DNA from: Eledone cirrhosa
Taxonomy: Eukaryota
Length of the DNA stretch: 64,000 nucleotides
NCBI GenBank assembly: GCA_964016885.1
Contig: OZ024747.1
Span: 32,302,001 to 32,366,000, forward strand
Direction: 5' to 3'
The position numbers and the translations under genes are program-made. Below, in pieces: positions 24,861-37,200 of the stretch. The notes below the pieces were generated by a model. The model did no database searches and was not told the DNA's origin. It saw only the letters and a list, made by a program, of their open reading frames with translations. The stretch's first letter is position 1, and the number at the start of each line of letters is the position of its first letter.

Positions 24861-25949
24861 CCCTGATATTACTCAACCTGAGAAGACCACCCCAACGCTT
24901 CCTACATCCAGTGCATTACAAAGGAATCACACTTTATCACCAAATACAAACCCCTTCTAAATGCATCTACTTCAGACGAAACTACAGCTGGCACACTTTG
25001 AAATTATCACCCTGGACAAATTAACCCTTTGGTGTATGAACCGGCCGTTGCCGGCCGGAGTTCTCTCACCTCTTTCAGTTGAGGCTGGCCGTGGCCGGGT
25101 GCTCATGCTGATGTTGGGGTGGTGTTCTCGGAGTGAGTAATATCAGGGTCTCATGGACTCACTATTGTGTGGGATAATTATGTAGGATGGAACCTTTACT
25201 GTGAAAATATGGTGGTATATGTGGTGTGGTGTAAATGCTGGAAGGTTCAGAAAGATCTCTTAGAAACACCCACACTGCAGGTCAATTTAAGAATGCCAGC
25301 ATTTCTGACAAGAATACCAAGAGAGATATTTTTAGAAACAATTACTTCCTCAGTCAACTCTAAGGTCACTCAATCATTTACGCCAATCCCACGTACAGCT
25401 TGCCTTTACCATTATTAACAGTGACTCACCACTACAGCTGCTTGCCATCTCCTTCAGTTACACCTTACCATAGCTCTGGTATTACTACCACACCTATCCC
25501 CTGTCCCTCCCGCTTCTTCTTTGTCGCCTCCTTCTCCTTCGTCTTCTCCCCTTCCTCACTTCTTCTTCTTCTTCTTCTTCTTCCTATCCTTCCCCTTCTC
25601 CCCCCACAACTACCACTACAGTCAAAGCCAACAATTTAAACTGCTACCACCTGTGTTGATCAACACTGAGAACGAAAGAAAACTGCAGACTAAATATGTA
25701 TGTAAAAACTACCCCCCACCCCCATCTTATTATTAATCGTATAAATATACACTTTACATAGACTATACAGTTCCGTCGTTGAAAAAGCAGATAAAGCTGA
25801 AACCAGTACACGATTAAATGTGGAAATCCCTACTTTGCAAATAAACGTTTTGATTTTATACTGAAAAAATCCCTCTAGCATTTTCTACCGTATTATTTTC
25901 GTTTTTACTATTTGTTTATATACACTCGTGTGTCACTTCTCTACATTCC

Positions 25950-25999
<50 letters not shown>

Positions 26000-26006
<7 letters not shown>

Positions 26007-26652
26007 TAAAGTTAGTTCTTCATCAGTGATCTTCCAACCATCATTGGTATTTCATCGCTTTAAAGACCATATACCTCCGGTTGGTGCGAGCAACGGCTAA
26101 AAAAATTCGTTGGGACACGTAAATAAAGGGGACACGAGAGTGTAAACAAACAAAGATGGTGAAGCAACGAAAAGTGAGGAAGAAGGAGTCAAGTCCCAAA
26201 TTTCCATGAATATAAGTTCGGTGAAATCGTGAACGAGAGAGAATAAAGATCATCAAACCTGGTTGGAATGTGAGCAAGGAAGGAATTCCGTACAGGTCTA
26301 ACGGGAGGAAGAAGGGATCTAGTCTGTGAATTCGGTGAACGTAAGTTCTGTGAAATCGTAGACGAGAGAGAGAAAAAAAGCGACCTGCCTGACCAAGGGT
26401 GCGAATGAAAAGAATTACGCACAGGTCAAACGGGAAGAAGGAGGAGGAGGAGAGGTAGTAACAGAGAGTGAGTGAGTGAAGGGTGAGGATGAGGCTAACA
26501 GAGAGAGTGACTGTTAGAGAGGGTAAAGATACAGAGAAAGTGGAAGCAGTAAGAACGAAATAGACGGGTCACAGCGGGGGAAAAAATATGTGTAAATATG
26601 AGAATAAACGTGCTGCGTGGTTGCTAATGGGTTACATATGAATAAAGTTAGT
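26000..26652 (-). mobile_element. Probable PLE terminal-repeat remnant with a short terminal direct repeat and a truncated hammerhead core
   Basis: atatgaataaagttagt occurs at both about 26000 and 26636. A minus-strand CTGATGA at 26036-26030 runs into (TA)n. There is an internal ~130-bp imperfect duplication (gtgaaatcgt...gagagaga; caggtc.aacggga). Confidence 0.4.
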
Positions 26653-27224
26653 CCTATACTAGCAGAATGGCCCGGCGTTGCTCGGGATTCTATACATAGA
26701 TTGGCATGTTTATCGCTCCTTTCTGAAACAGTTTCGTTGTATGTTCACCAACTGATGCAAAAGTCCTAATAAAAAGTGAAGTCGCCTTGGGTGAATAGGC
26801 AAATAATTTTCCATTCAGATTTTTCAAAAGTATGTAATTGCGTTCCCTCTCTTTTTTTATGTTGTTTTTGCTGCTGTTGGTGTGATAGCGGCCGTTGGTC
26901 GTATTACTAACACAGTCTCGTCCTTCTTCAGCCAATCGTGTATATCCCCTTCTGCCTCGTCAGCAACGGAAACAATATTTGCTCTAGGGCTCTTATATAC
27001 TTGATATATATTTATCCTTATCGAGCCTCGTGAAATAAATACGTTTGTGTATATTTTGTTATTGTGTATGCAAAAATATCTGTAGACGAATATATAATTA
27101 TGTATATATATATATATATGTATTGAAGTTTCTGTTGAAAATTGAAAAAGTCATAGGAGTGAAGAGTGCTCTATGTAAGTACCAGAGCAAAATTTAATGT
27201 ATAATAAACAATACAATATAATTA

Positions 27225-27292
27225 CCTCATTACCAGAGGTTTCCCGAATAAGACAAATACGAAAAACGTCCTCATTCGTTCGTCAGACAAGG
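27225..27292 (-). ncRNA. Type I hammerhead ribozyme, intact core (left arm of palindrome)
   Basis: Minus strand: ccttgt-CTGACGA-a-cgaatgaggac...gtcttattcg-g-GAAAC-ctctg-GTA-atgagg. Stem I is ccttgt/atgagg (two G-U pairs). Confidence 0.85.
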
Positions 27293-27323
27293 CAATTTAA
27301 ATATTTCACTATGTTTTAAATTG

Positions 27324-27391
27324 CCTTGTCCGACGAACGAATGAGGACTTTTTTCGTATTCGTCTTATTCGGGAAACCTCTGGTATTGAGG
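27324..27391 (+). ncRNA. Mirror hammerhead copy with a core substitution (CCGACGA)
   Basis: ccttgt-CCGACGA-acgaatgaggac...gtcttattcgg-GAAAC-ctctg-GTA-ttgagg. Confidence 0.75.
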
Positions 27392-27465
27392 TAATTATAT
27401 TGTATTGTTTATTATACATTATATATATATATATATTAAAATAATAGATTAAAGTTTAAAGCGAA

Positions 27466-27524
27466 GAATCGGATCTTCTGAATCGGATCTTCTGAATCGG
27501 ATCTTCTGAATCGGATCTTCTGAA
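27466..27524. repeat. 14-bp tandem repeat (gaatcggatcttct) x4
   Basis: Direct reading; perfect copies. Confidence 0.95.
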
Positions 27525-27994
27525 ACTAAAAAAATCAATCTGTGAACGCAGAAGTAAATATTTCGAAAGACGTTACACACTATATATATATATATACACA
27601 CACTATATATACATATATATATATACACACACAGATAGTGTCATAATGTCGTAATGCAGACAACCAGACATACTGACAGATAATATAAGGGCGCGACGTG
27701 ATAGCTATGTATCTATCTAAAAAAACAGACTAAGGAAGACAGAGAGATCGCTAACCGGTGCCTAATGCGGTACCTAAGGCATTGAAAATTTAAAATATTC
27801 TTTGCTCAAAACACTCACACGACCATAAGTATTACATGTGTAAAGTTTGATAAAAATCGGTTGGGTGGTTCCGAGCTTTAGGGAGTCGGATAGACAGTCT
27901 CTGTTTTATATCTATCTATCTATTCATATATATATTTATATATATATATATATCGAAAGCAGAATGTTCGTCTGTGTGTCTGACTCCCTAAAAC

Positions 27995-28119
<125 letters not shown>

Positions 28120-28212
28120 GATAAAATGTTTTCTCTGACCAAGACAAAGCTAGAGGGTATTTCAATACATATAAAAATGAGAAAAGTCATTGCTAGAACA
28201 GCTGTACGACTT

Positions 28213-31200
28213 GTCAATGTAGAGACCATCCAGAAGCTGGGTGACAGGGAGATGAAATATAATTTCTCAGACAGGGACCAGTGGCCAGTGGTCAACAGAG
28301 AGACCATCCAAAAGGAGGGTGGCAGGCAGATGAAATATAATGTCTCAGTCAGGGACCAGTGGCAAGTGGTCAACAGAGACCATCCAGAAGGACGGTGACA
28401 GGCAGATGAAATATAATGTCTCAGACAGGGACCAGGGACAAGGGACCAGTGGTCAATAAAGATACCATCCAGAAGGTGGGTAAGAGGCAGATGAAATATA
28501 ATGTCTCAAACAGGGACCAGTGGCCAGTGGTCAACAGAGAGACCATCCAGAAGGTGGGTGACAGGCAGAGGAAATATAATGTCTCAGACAGGGACCAGTA
28601 GCCAGTGGTCAATAGAAAGACCATCCAGAAGGTGGGTGACAGGCAGATGAAATATAATGTCTCAGACAGGGACCAGTAGCCAGTGGTCAACAGAGAGACC
28701 ATCCAGAAGGTGGGTGACAGGCAGATGAAATATAATGATTCAGACAGGGACCAGTAGCCAGTGGTCAAAAGAGAGACAATCCAGAAGGTGGGTGACAGGC
28801 AGATGAAATATAACGTCTCAGACAGGGATCAGTGGCCAATGGTCAACAGAGAGACCATCCAGAAGGTGGGTGACAGGCAGAGAAAATAAATATAATGTCT
28901 CAGACAGGGACTAGTAGCCAGTGGTCAACAGAGAGACCATCCAGAAGGTGGGTGACAGGGAGATGAAGTATAATGTCTCAGACAGGGACCAGTGGCCAGT
29001 GGTCAACAGAGAGACCATCCAGAAGGTGGATGACAGGCAGATGAAATATAATGTCTCAGAGAGGGACCAGTGGCCAGTGGTCAACAGAGAGACCATCCAG
29101 AAGGTGGGTGAACGGCAGATAAATATAAAATCTCAGACAGGGAACAGTGACCAGTGGTCAATAAACATACCATCCAGAAGGTGGATGACAGGCAGAGGAA
29201 ATATAATGACAGAAACAAGGACCAGTAGCCAGTGGTCAACAGACAGACCATTCAGAAGGAGGGTGACAGGCAGATGAAATATAGGATATCAGACAGGGAC
29301 CAGTGGCCAGTGGTCAACAGAGAGACCATCCAGAAGGTGGGTGACAGGCAGATGAAATATAATGTTTCAGACTGGGACCAGTAGCCAGTGGTCAATAGAG
29401 AGACCAACCAGAAGGTGTGTGACAGGCAGAGGAAATATAATGACTCAGACAGCAACCAGTAGCCAGAGGTCAACAGAAAGACCATCCAGAATGAGAGTGA
29501 GAGGCAGATGAAATATAATCAGAAGGTGGATGACAGGCAGAGAAAATATAATGTCTCAGACAGGGACCAGTAGCCAGTGGTCAACAGAGAGACCATCCAG
29601 AAGGTGGGTGACAGGCAGATGAAGTATCATGTCTCAGACAGGGACCAGTGGCCAGTGGTCAACTGAGAGACCATCCAGAAAGTGGGTGACAGGCAGATGA
29701 AACATAATGTCTCAGACAGGGACCAGTAGCCAGTGGTCAATAGAAAGAACATCCAGAAGGTGGGTGACAGGCAGAGGAAATATAATGTCTCAGACAGGGA
29801 CCAGTAGCCAGTGGTCAAAAGAGAGACAATCCAGAAGGTCGGTGACAGGCAGATGAAATATAACGTCTCAGACAGGGATCAGTGGCCAATGGTCAACAGA
29901 GAGACCATCCAGAAGGTGGGTGACAGGCAGAGAAAATAAATATAATGTCTCAGACAGGGACTAGTAGCCAGTGGTCAACAGAGAGACCATCCAGAAGGTG
30001 GGTGACAGGGAGATGAAGTATAATGTCTCAGACAGGTACCAGTGGCCAGTGGTCAACAGAGAGACCACCCAGAAGGTGGGTGACAGGCAGATGAAATATA
30101 ATGTCTCAGAGAGGGACCAGTGGCCAGTGGTCAACAGAGAGACCATCCAGAAGGTGGGTGAACGGCAGATGAAATATAAAATCTCAGACAGGGAACAGTG
30201 ACCAGTGGTCAATAAACATACCATCCAGAAGGTGCATGACAGGCAGAGGAATTATAATGACAGAAACAAGGACCAGTAGCCAGTGGTCAACAGACAGACC
30301 ATTCAGAAGGAGGGTGACAGGCAGATGAAATATGAGATATCAGACAGGGACCAGTGGCCAGTGGTCAACAGAGAGACCATCCAGAAGGTGACAGGCAGAT
30401 GAAATATAATGTCTCAGACTGGGACCAGTAGACAGAGGTCAACAGAAAGACCATCCAGAATGAGAGTGAGAGGCAGATGAAATATAATCAGAAGGTGGAT
30501 GACAGGCAGAGAAAATATAATGTCTCAGACAGGGACCAGTAGCCAGTGGTCAACAGAGAGACCATCCAGAAGGTGGGTGACAGGCAGATGAAGTATCATG
30601 TCTCAGACAGGGACCAGGGGCCAGTGGTCAACTGAGAGACCATCCAGAAAGTGGGTGACAGGCAGATGATACATGATGTCTCAGACAGGGACCAGTAGCC
30701 AGTGGTCAACAGAGAGACCATCCAGAAGGTGGGTGACAGGCAGATGAAATATAATGTCTCAGACTGGGACCAGTAGACAGAGGTCAACAGAAAGACCATC
30801 CAGAATGAGAGTGAGAGGCAGATGAAATATAATCAGAAGGTGGATGACAGGCAGAGAAAATATAATGTCTCAGACAGGGACCAGTAGCCAGTGGTCAACA
30901 GAGAGACCATCCAGAAGGTGGGTGACAGGCAGATGAAGTATCATGTCTCAGACAGGGACCAGTGGCCAGTGGTCAACTGAGAGACCATCCAGAAAGTGGG
31001 TGACAGGCAGATGAAACATGATGTCTCAGACAGGGACCAGTAGCCAGTGGTCAACAGAGAGACCATCCAGAAGGTGGGTGACAGGCAGATGAAATATAAT
31101 GTCTCAGACAGGGACCAGTGGCCAGTGGTCAACAGAGAGACCATCCAGAAGGACGGTGACAGGCAGATGAAATATAATGTCTCAGACAGGGACCAGTGGC

Positions 31201-34200
31201 CAGTGGTCAACAGAGAGACCATCCAGAAGGACGGTGACAGGCAGATGAAATATAAAGTCTCAGACAGGGACCAGTGACCAGTGGTCAATAAAGATACCAT
31301 CCAGAAGGTGGGTAACAGGCAGATGAAATATAATGTCTCAAACAGGGACCAGTGGCCAGTGGTCAACAGAGAGACCATCCAGAAGGTGGGTGACAGGCAG
31401 AGGAAATATAATGTCTCAGACAGGGACCAGTAGCCAGTCGTCAATAGAAAGAACATCCAGAAGGTGGGTGAGAGGCAGATGAAATATAATGTCTCAGACA
31501 GGGACCAGTAGCCAGTGGTCAACAGAGAGACCATCCAGAAGGTGGGTGACAGGCAGATGAAATATAATGTCTCAGACAGGGACCAGTAGCCAGTGGTCAA
31601 CAGAGAGACCATCCAGAAGGAGGGTGACAGGCAGATGAAATATAATGTTTCAGACTGGGACCAGTAGCCAGTGGTCAATAGAGAGACCATCCAGAAGGAG
31701 AGTGACAGGCAGATGAAATATAATGTCTCAGACAGGGAATAGTGGCCAGTGGTCAACAGAGAGACCATCCAGAAGGTGCGTGACAGGCAGATGGAATATA
31801 ATGTCTCAGACAAGGACCAGTAGCCAGTGGTCAACAGAGAGACCATCCAGAAGGTGGGTGACATGCAGATGAAATATAATGTCTCAAACAGTGACCAGTG
31901 GCCAGTGGTCAACAAAGAGACCAGCCAGAAGGAGGGTGACAGGCAGATGAAATATAATGTCTCAGACAGGGACCAGTGACCAGTAATCAATCAAGATACC
32001 ATCCAGAAGCTGGGTAACAGGCAGATTAAATATAATGTCTCAAACAGGGACCAGTGGCGAGTGGTCAACAGAGAGACCATCCAGAAGCTGGGTGACAGGC
32101 AGAGGAAATATAATGTCTCATACAGGGACCAGTAGCCAGTGGTCAATAGAAAGACCATCCAGAAGGTGGGTGACAGGCAGATGAAATATAATGTCTCAGA
32201 CAGGGACCAGTGGCCAGTGGTCAACAGAGAGACCATCCAGAACGACGGTGACAGGCAGATGAAATATAATGTCTCAGACAGGGACCAGTGACCAGTGGTC
32301 AAAAAAGATACCATCCAGAAGGTGGGTAACAGGCAGATGAAATATAATGTCTCAAACGGACCATTGGCCAGTGGTCAACAGAGAGATCATCCAGAAGGTG
32401 GTTGACAGGCAGAGGAAATATGTCTCAGACAGGGACCAGTAGCCAGTGGTCAATAGAAAGACCATCCAGAAGGTGGGTGAGAGGCAGATGAAATATAATG
32501 TCTCAGACAGGGACCAGTAGCCAGTGGTCAACAGAGAGACCATCCAGAAGGTGGGTGACAGGCAGATGAAATATAATGTCTCAGACAGGGACCAGTAGCC
32601 AGTGGTCAACAGAGAGCCCATCCAGAAGGAGGGTGACAGGCAGATGAAATATAATGTTTCAGACTGGGACCAGTAGCCAGTGGTAAATAGAGAGACCATC
32701 CAGAAGGAGAGTGACAGGCAGATGAAATATAATGTCTCAGACAGGGAATAGTGGCCAGTGGTCAACAGAGAGACCATCCAGAAGGTGCGTGACAGGCAGA
32801 GGAAATATGTCTCAGACAGGGACCAGTAGCCAGTGGTCAATAGAAAGACCATCCAGAAGGTGGGTGACCGGCAGATGAAATATAATGTCTCAGACAGGGA
32901 CCAGTAGCCAGTGGTCAACAGAGAGACCATCCAGAAGGTGGGTGGGTGACAGGCAGATGAAATATAATGTCTCAGACAGGTATCAGTGGCCAGCGGTCAA
33001 CAGAGAGACTATCCAGAAGTTGGGTGACAGGCAGAGGAAATATAATGTCTCAGACAGGGACCAGTAGCCAGTGGTCAATAGAGAGACCATACAGAAGGTG
33101 GGTGACAGGCAGATGAAATATAATATCTCAGACAGCGGCCAGTAGCCAGTGGTCAACAGACAGACCATCCAGAAGGTGGGTGACAGGCAGATGAAATATA
33201 ATGTCTCAGACATGGACCAGTGGCCAGTGGTCAACAGAGAACATCCAGAATGTGGGTGACAGGCAGATGAAATATAATGTCTCAGACAGGTATCAGTGGC
33301 CAGCGGTCAACAGAGAGACTATCCAGAAGTTGGGTGACAGGCAGATGAAAAATCATGTCTCAGACAGGGACCAGTAACCAGTGGTTACTAGAGATACCAT
33401 CCTGAAGGTGGGTGACACGCAGAGGAAATATAATGTCTCAGACAGGGACCAGTGACCAGTGGTCAACAGACAGACCATCCAGAAGGTGGGTGACAGGCAG
33501 ATGAAATATAATGTCTCAGACATGGACCAGTGGCCAGTGGTCAACAGAGAACATCCAGAATGTGGGTGACAGGCAGATGAAATATAATGTCTCAGGGGAC
33601 AGGGACCAGTGGCCAGTAGTCAACAGAGAGTCCATCCAAAAGGTGGGTGACAGGCAGATGAAATATAATGTCTGACACAAGGACCAGTGGCCAGTGGTGA
33701 ACAGAGAGACCATCCAGATGATGGGTGACAGGCATATGAAATATAATGTCTCAGACAGGCACCAGTGGCCAGTGGTCAATAGAGAGATCATCCAGAAGGT
33801 GGGTGACAGGCAGATGAAATATAATGTCTCAGGGGACAAGGACCAGTGGCCAGTGGTCAACAGAGAGACGATCCAGAAGGTGGGTGACAGGCAGATGAAA
33901 TATAATGTCTCCGACTGGGACCAGTAGCCAGTGGTCAACAGAGAGAACATCCAGAAGGTGGGTGACAGGCAGATGAAATATAATGTCTCAGACAGGTACC
34001 AGTGGGCAGTGGTCAACAGAGAGACCATCCAGAAGGTGGGTGACAGACAGAGAAAATATAATGTCTCAGACAGGGACCAGTAGCCAGTAGGACAACAGAG
34101 AGACCATCCAGAAGGTGGGTGACAGGCAGATGAAATATAATGTCTCAGACAGGGAACAGTGGCCAGTGGTCAACAGAGAGACCATCAGGAAGGTGGGTGA

Positions 34201-37200
34201 CAGGCAGATGAAATATAATGTCTCAGACAGGGACCAGTAGCCAGTGGTCAACAGAGAGACCATCCAGAAGGTGGGTGAACGGCAGATGAAATATCATGTC
34301 TCAGACAGGGACCAGTAGCCAGTGGTCAATAGAGATACCATCCAGAAGGTGGGTGACACGCAGATGAAATATAATGTCTCAGACAGGGACCAGTGGCCAG
34401 TGGTCAACAGAGAGACCATCCAGAACGACGGTGACAGGCAGATGAAATATAATGTCTCAGACAGGGACCAGTGACCAGTGGTCAATAAAGATACCATCCA
34501 GAAGGTGGGTAACAGGCAGATGAAATATAATGTCTCAAACGGACCATTGGCCAGTGGTCAACAGAGAGATCATCCAGAAGGTGGTTGACAGGCAGAGGAA
34601 ATATGTCTCAGACAGGGACCAGTAGCCAGTGGTTAATACAAAGACCATCCAGAAGGTGGGTGACCGGCAGAGGAAATATAATGTCTCAGACAGGGACCAG
34701 TAGCCAGTGGTCAACAGAGAGACCATCCAGAAGGTGGGTGACAGGCAGATGAAATATAATGTCTCAGACAGGTATCAGTGGCCAGCGTGCAACAGAGAGA
34801 CTATCCAGAAGTTGGGTGACAGGCAGAGGAAATATAATGTCTCAGGGGACAGGGACCAGTGGCCAGTGGTCAACAGAGAGACCATCCAGAAGGAGGGTGA
34901 CAGGAAGATGAAATATGATGTCTCAGACAGAGACCAGTGGCCAGTGGTCAACACAGAGACCATCCAAAAGGTGGGTGACAGGCAGATGAAATATAATGTC
35001 TGACACAAGGACCAGTGGCCAGTGGTCAACAGAGAGACCATCCAGAAGATGGGTGACAGGCAGATGAAATATAATGACTCAGACAGGGACCAGTGGCCAG
35101 TGGTCAACAGAGAGACCATCCAGAACGACGGTGACAGGCAGATGAAATATAATGTCTCAGACAGGGACCAGTGACCAGTGGTCAAAAAAGATACCATCCA
35201 GAAGGTGGGTAACAGGCAGATGAAATATAATGTCTCAAACGGACCATTGGCCAGTGGTCAACAGAGAGATCATCCAGAAGGTGGTTGACAGGCAGTGGAA
35301 ATATGTCTCAGACAGGGACCAGTAGCCAGTGGTCAATAGAAAGACCATCCAGAAGGTGGGTGAGAGGCAGATGAAATATAATGTCTCAGACAGGGACCAG
35401 TAGCCAGTGGTCAACAGAGAGACCATCCAGAAGGTGGGTGACAGGCAGATGAAATATAATGTCTCAGACAGGGACCATTAGCCAGTGGTCAACAGAGAGC
35501 CCATCCAGAAGGAGGGTGACAGGCAGATGAAATATAATGTTTCAGACTGGGACCAGTAGCCAGTGGTAAATAGAGAGACCATCCAGACGGAGAGTGACAG
35601 GCAGATGAAATATAATGTCTCAGACAGGGAATAGTGGCCAGTGGTCAACAGAGAGACCATCCAGAAGGTGCGTGACAGGCAGAGGAAATATGTCTCAGAC
35701 AGGGACCAGTAGCCAGTGGTCAATAGAAAGACCATCCAGAAGGTGGGTGACCGGCAGATGAAATATAATGTCTCAGACAGGGACCAGTAGCCAGTGGTCA
35801 ACAGAGAGACCATCCAGAAGGTGGGTGGGTGACAGGCAGATGAAATATAATGTCTCAGACAGGTATCAGTGGCCAGCGGTCAACAGAGAGACTATCCAGA
35901 AGTTGGGTGACAGGCAGAGGAAATATAATGTCTCAGACAGGGACCAGTAGCCAGTGGTCAATAGAGAGACCATACAGAAGGTGGGTGACAGGCAGATGAA
36001 ATATAATATCTCAGACAGCGGCCAGTAGCCAGTGGTCAACAGACAGACCATCCAGAAGGTGGGTGACAGGCAGATGAAATATAATGTCTCAGACATGGAC
36101 CAGTGGCCAGTGGTCAACAGAGAACATCCAGAATGTGGGTGACAGGCAGATGAAATATAATGTCTCAGACAGGTATCAGTGGCCAGCGGTCAACAGAGAG
36201 ACTATCCAGAAGTTGGGTGACAGGCAGATGAAAAATCATGTCTCAGACAGGGACCAGTAACCAGTGGTTACTAGAGATACCATCCTGAAGGTGGGTGAAA
36301 CGCAGAGGAAATATAATGTCTCAGACAGGGACCAGTGACCAGTGGTCAACAGACAGACCATCCAGAAGGTGGGAGACAGGCAGATGAAATATAATGTCTC
36401 AGACATGGACCAGTGGCCAGTGGTCAACAGAGAACATCCAGAATGTGGGTGACAGGCAGATGAAATATAATGTCTCAGGGGACAGGGACCAGTGGCCAGT
36501 AGTCAACAGAGAGTCCATCCAAAAGGTGGGTGACAGGCAGATGAAATATAATGTCTGACACAAGGACCAGTGGCCAGTGGTCAACAGAGAGACCATCCAG
36601 ATGATGGGTGACAGGCATATGAAATATAATGTCTCAGACAGGCACCAGTGGCCAGTGGTCAATAGAGAGATCATCCAGAAGGTGGGTGACAGGCAGATGA
36701 AATATAATGTCTCAGGGGACAAGGACCAGTGGCCAGTGGTCAACAGAGAGACGATCCAGAAGGTGGGTGACAGGCAGATGAAATATAATGTCTCCGACTG
36801 GGACCAGTAGCCAGTGGTCAACAGAGAGAACATCCAGAAGGTGGGTGACAGGCAGTTGAAATATAATGTCTCAGACAGGTACCAGTGGGCAGTGGTCAAC
36901 AGAGAGACCATCCAGAAGGTGGGTGACAGACAGAGAAAATATAATGTCTCAGACAGGGACCAGTAGCCAGTAGGACAACAGAGAGACCATCCAGAAGGTG
37001 GGTGACAGGCAGATGAAATATAATGTCTCAGACAGGGAACAGTGGCCAGTGGTCAACAGAGAGACCATCAGGAAGGTGGGTGACAGGCAGATGAAATATA
37101 ATGTCTCAGACAGGGACCAGTAGCCAGTGGTCAACAGAGAGACCATCCAGAAGGTGGGTGAACGGCAGATGAAATATCATGTCTCAGACAGGGACCAGTA

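Larger units (their letters stand above)
27196..27420. repeat. Long palindrome (about 105-bp arms, short loop)
   Basis: 27196-27300 is the reverse complement of 27316-27420 with a few mismatches. Confidence 0.95.
26659..27912 (-). mobile_element. Non-autonomous Helitron
   Basis: The minus-strand 3' end cccgagcaacgccggg-ccattctg-CTAG|t is a GC hairpin (26686-26671) followed by CTAG (26662-26659). The other end has caaccgatttttatcaaacttt, reminiscent of short Helitron 5' regions. The 5' limit is approximate. Confidence 0.65.

Noticed and set aside
25021-25100. piggyBac-like terminus (TTAA CCCTTT) followed by ccggcc palindromes
   Set aside because: No matching opposite terminus or transposase remnant was found, so it is too weak to call.
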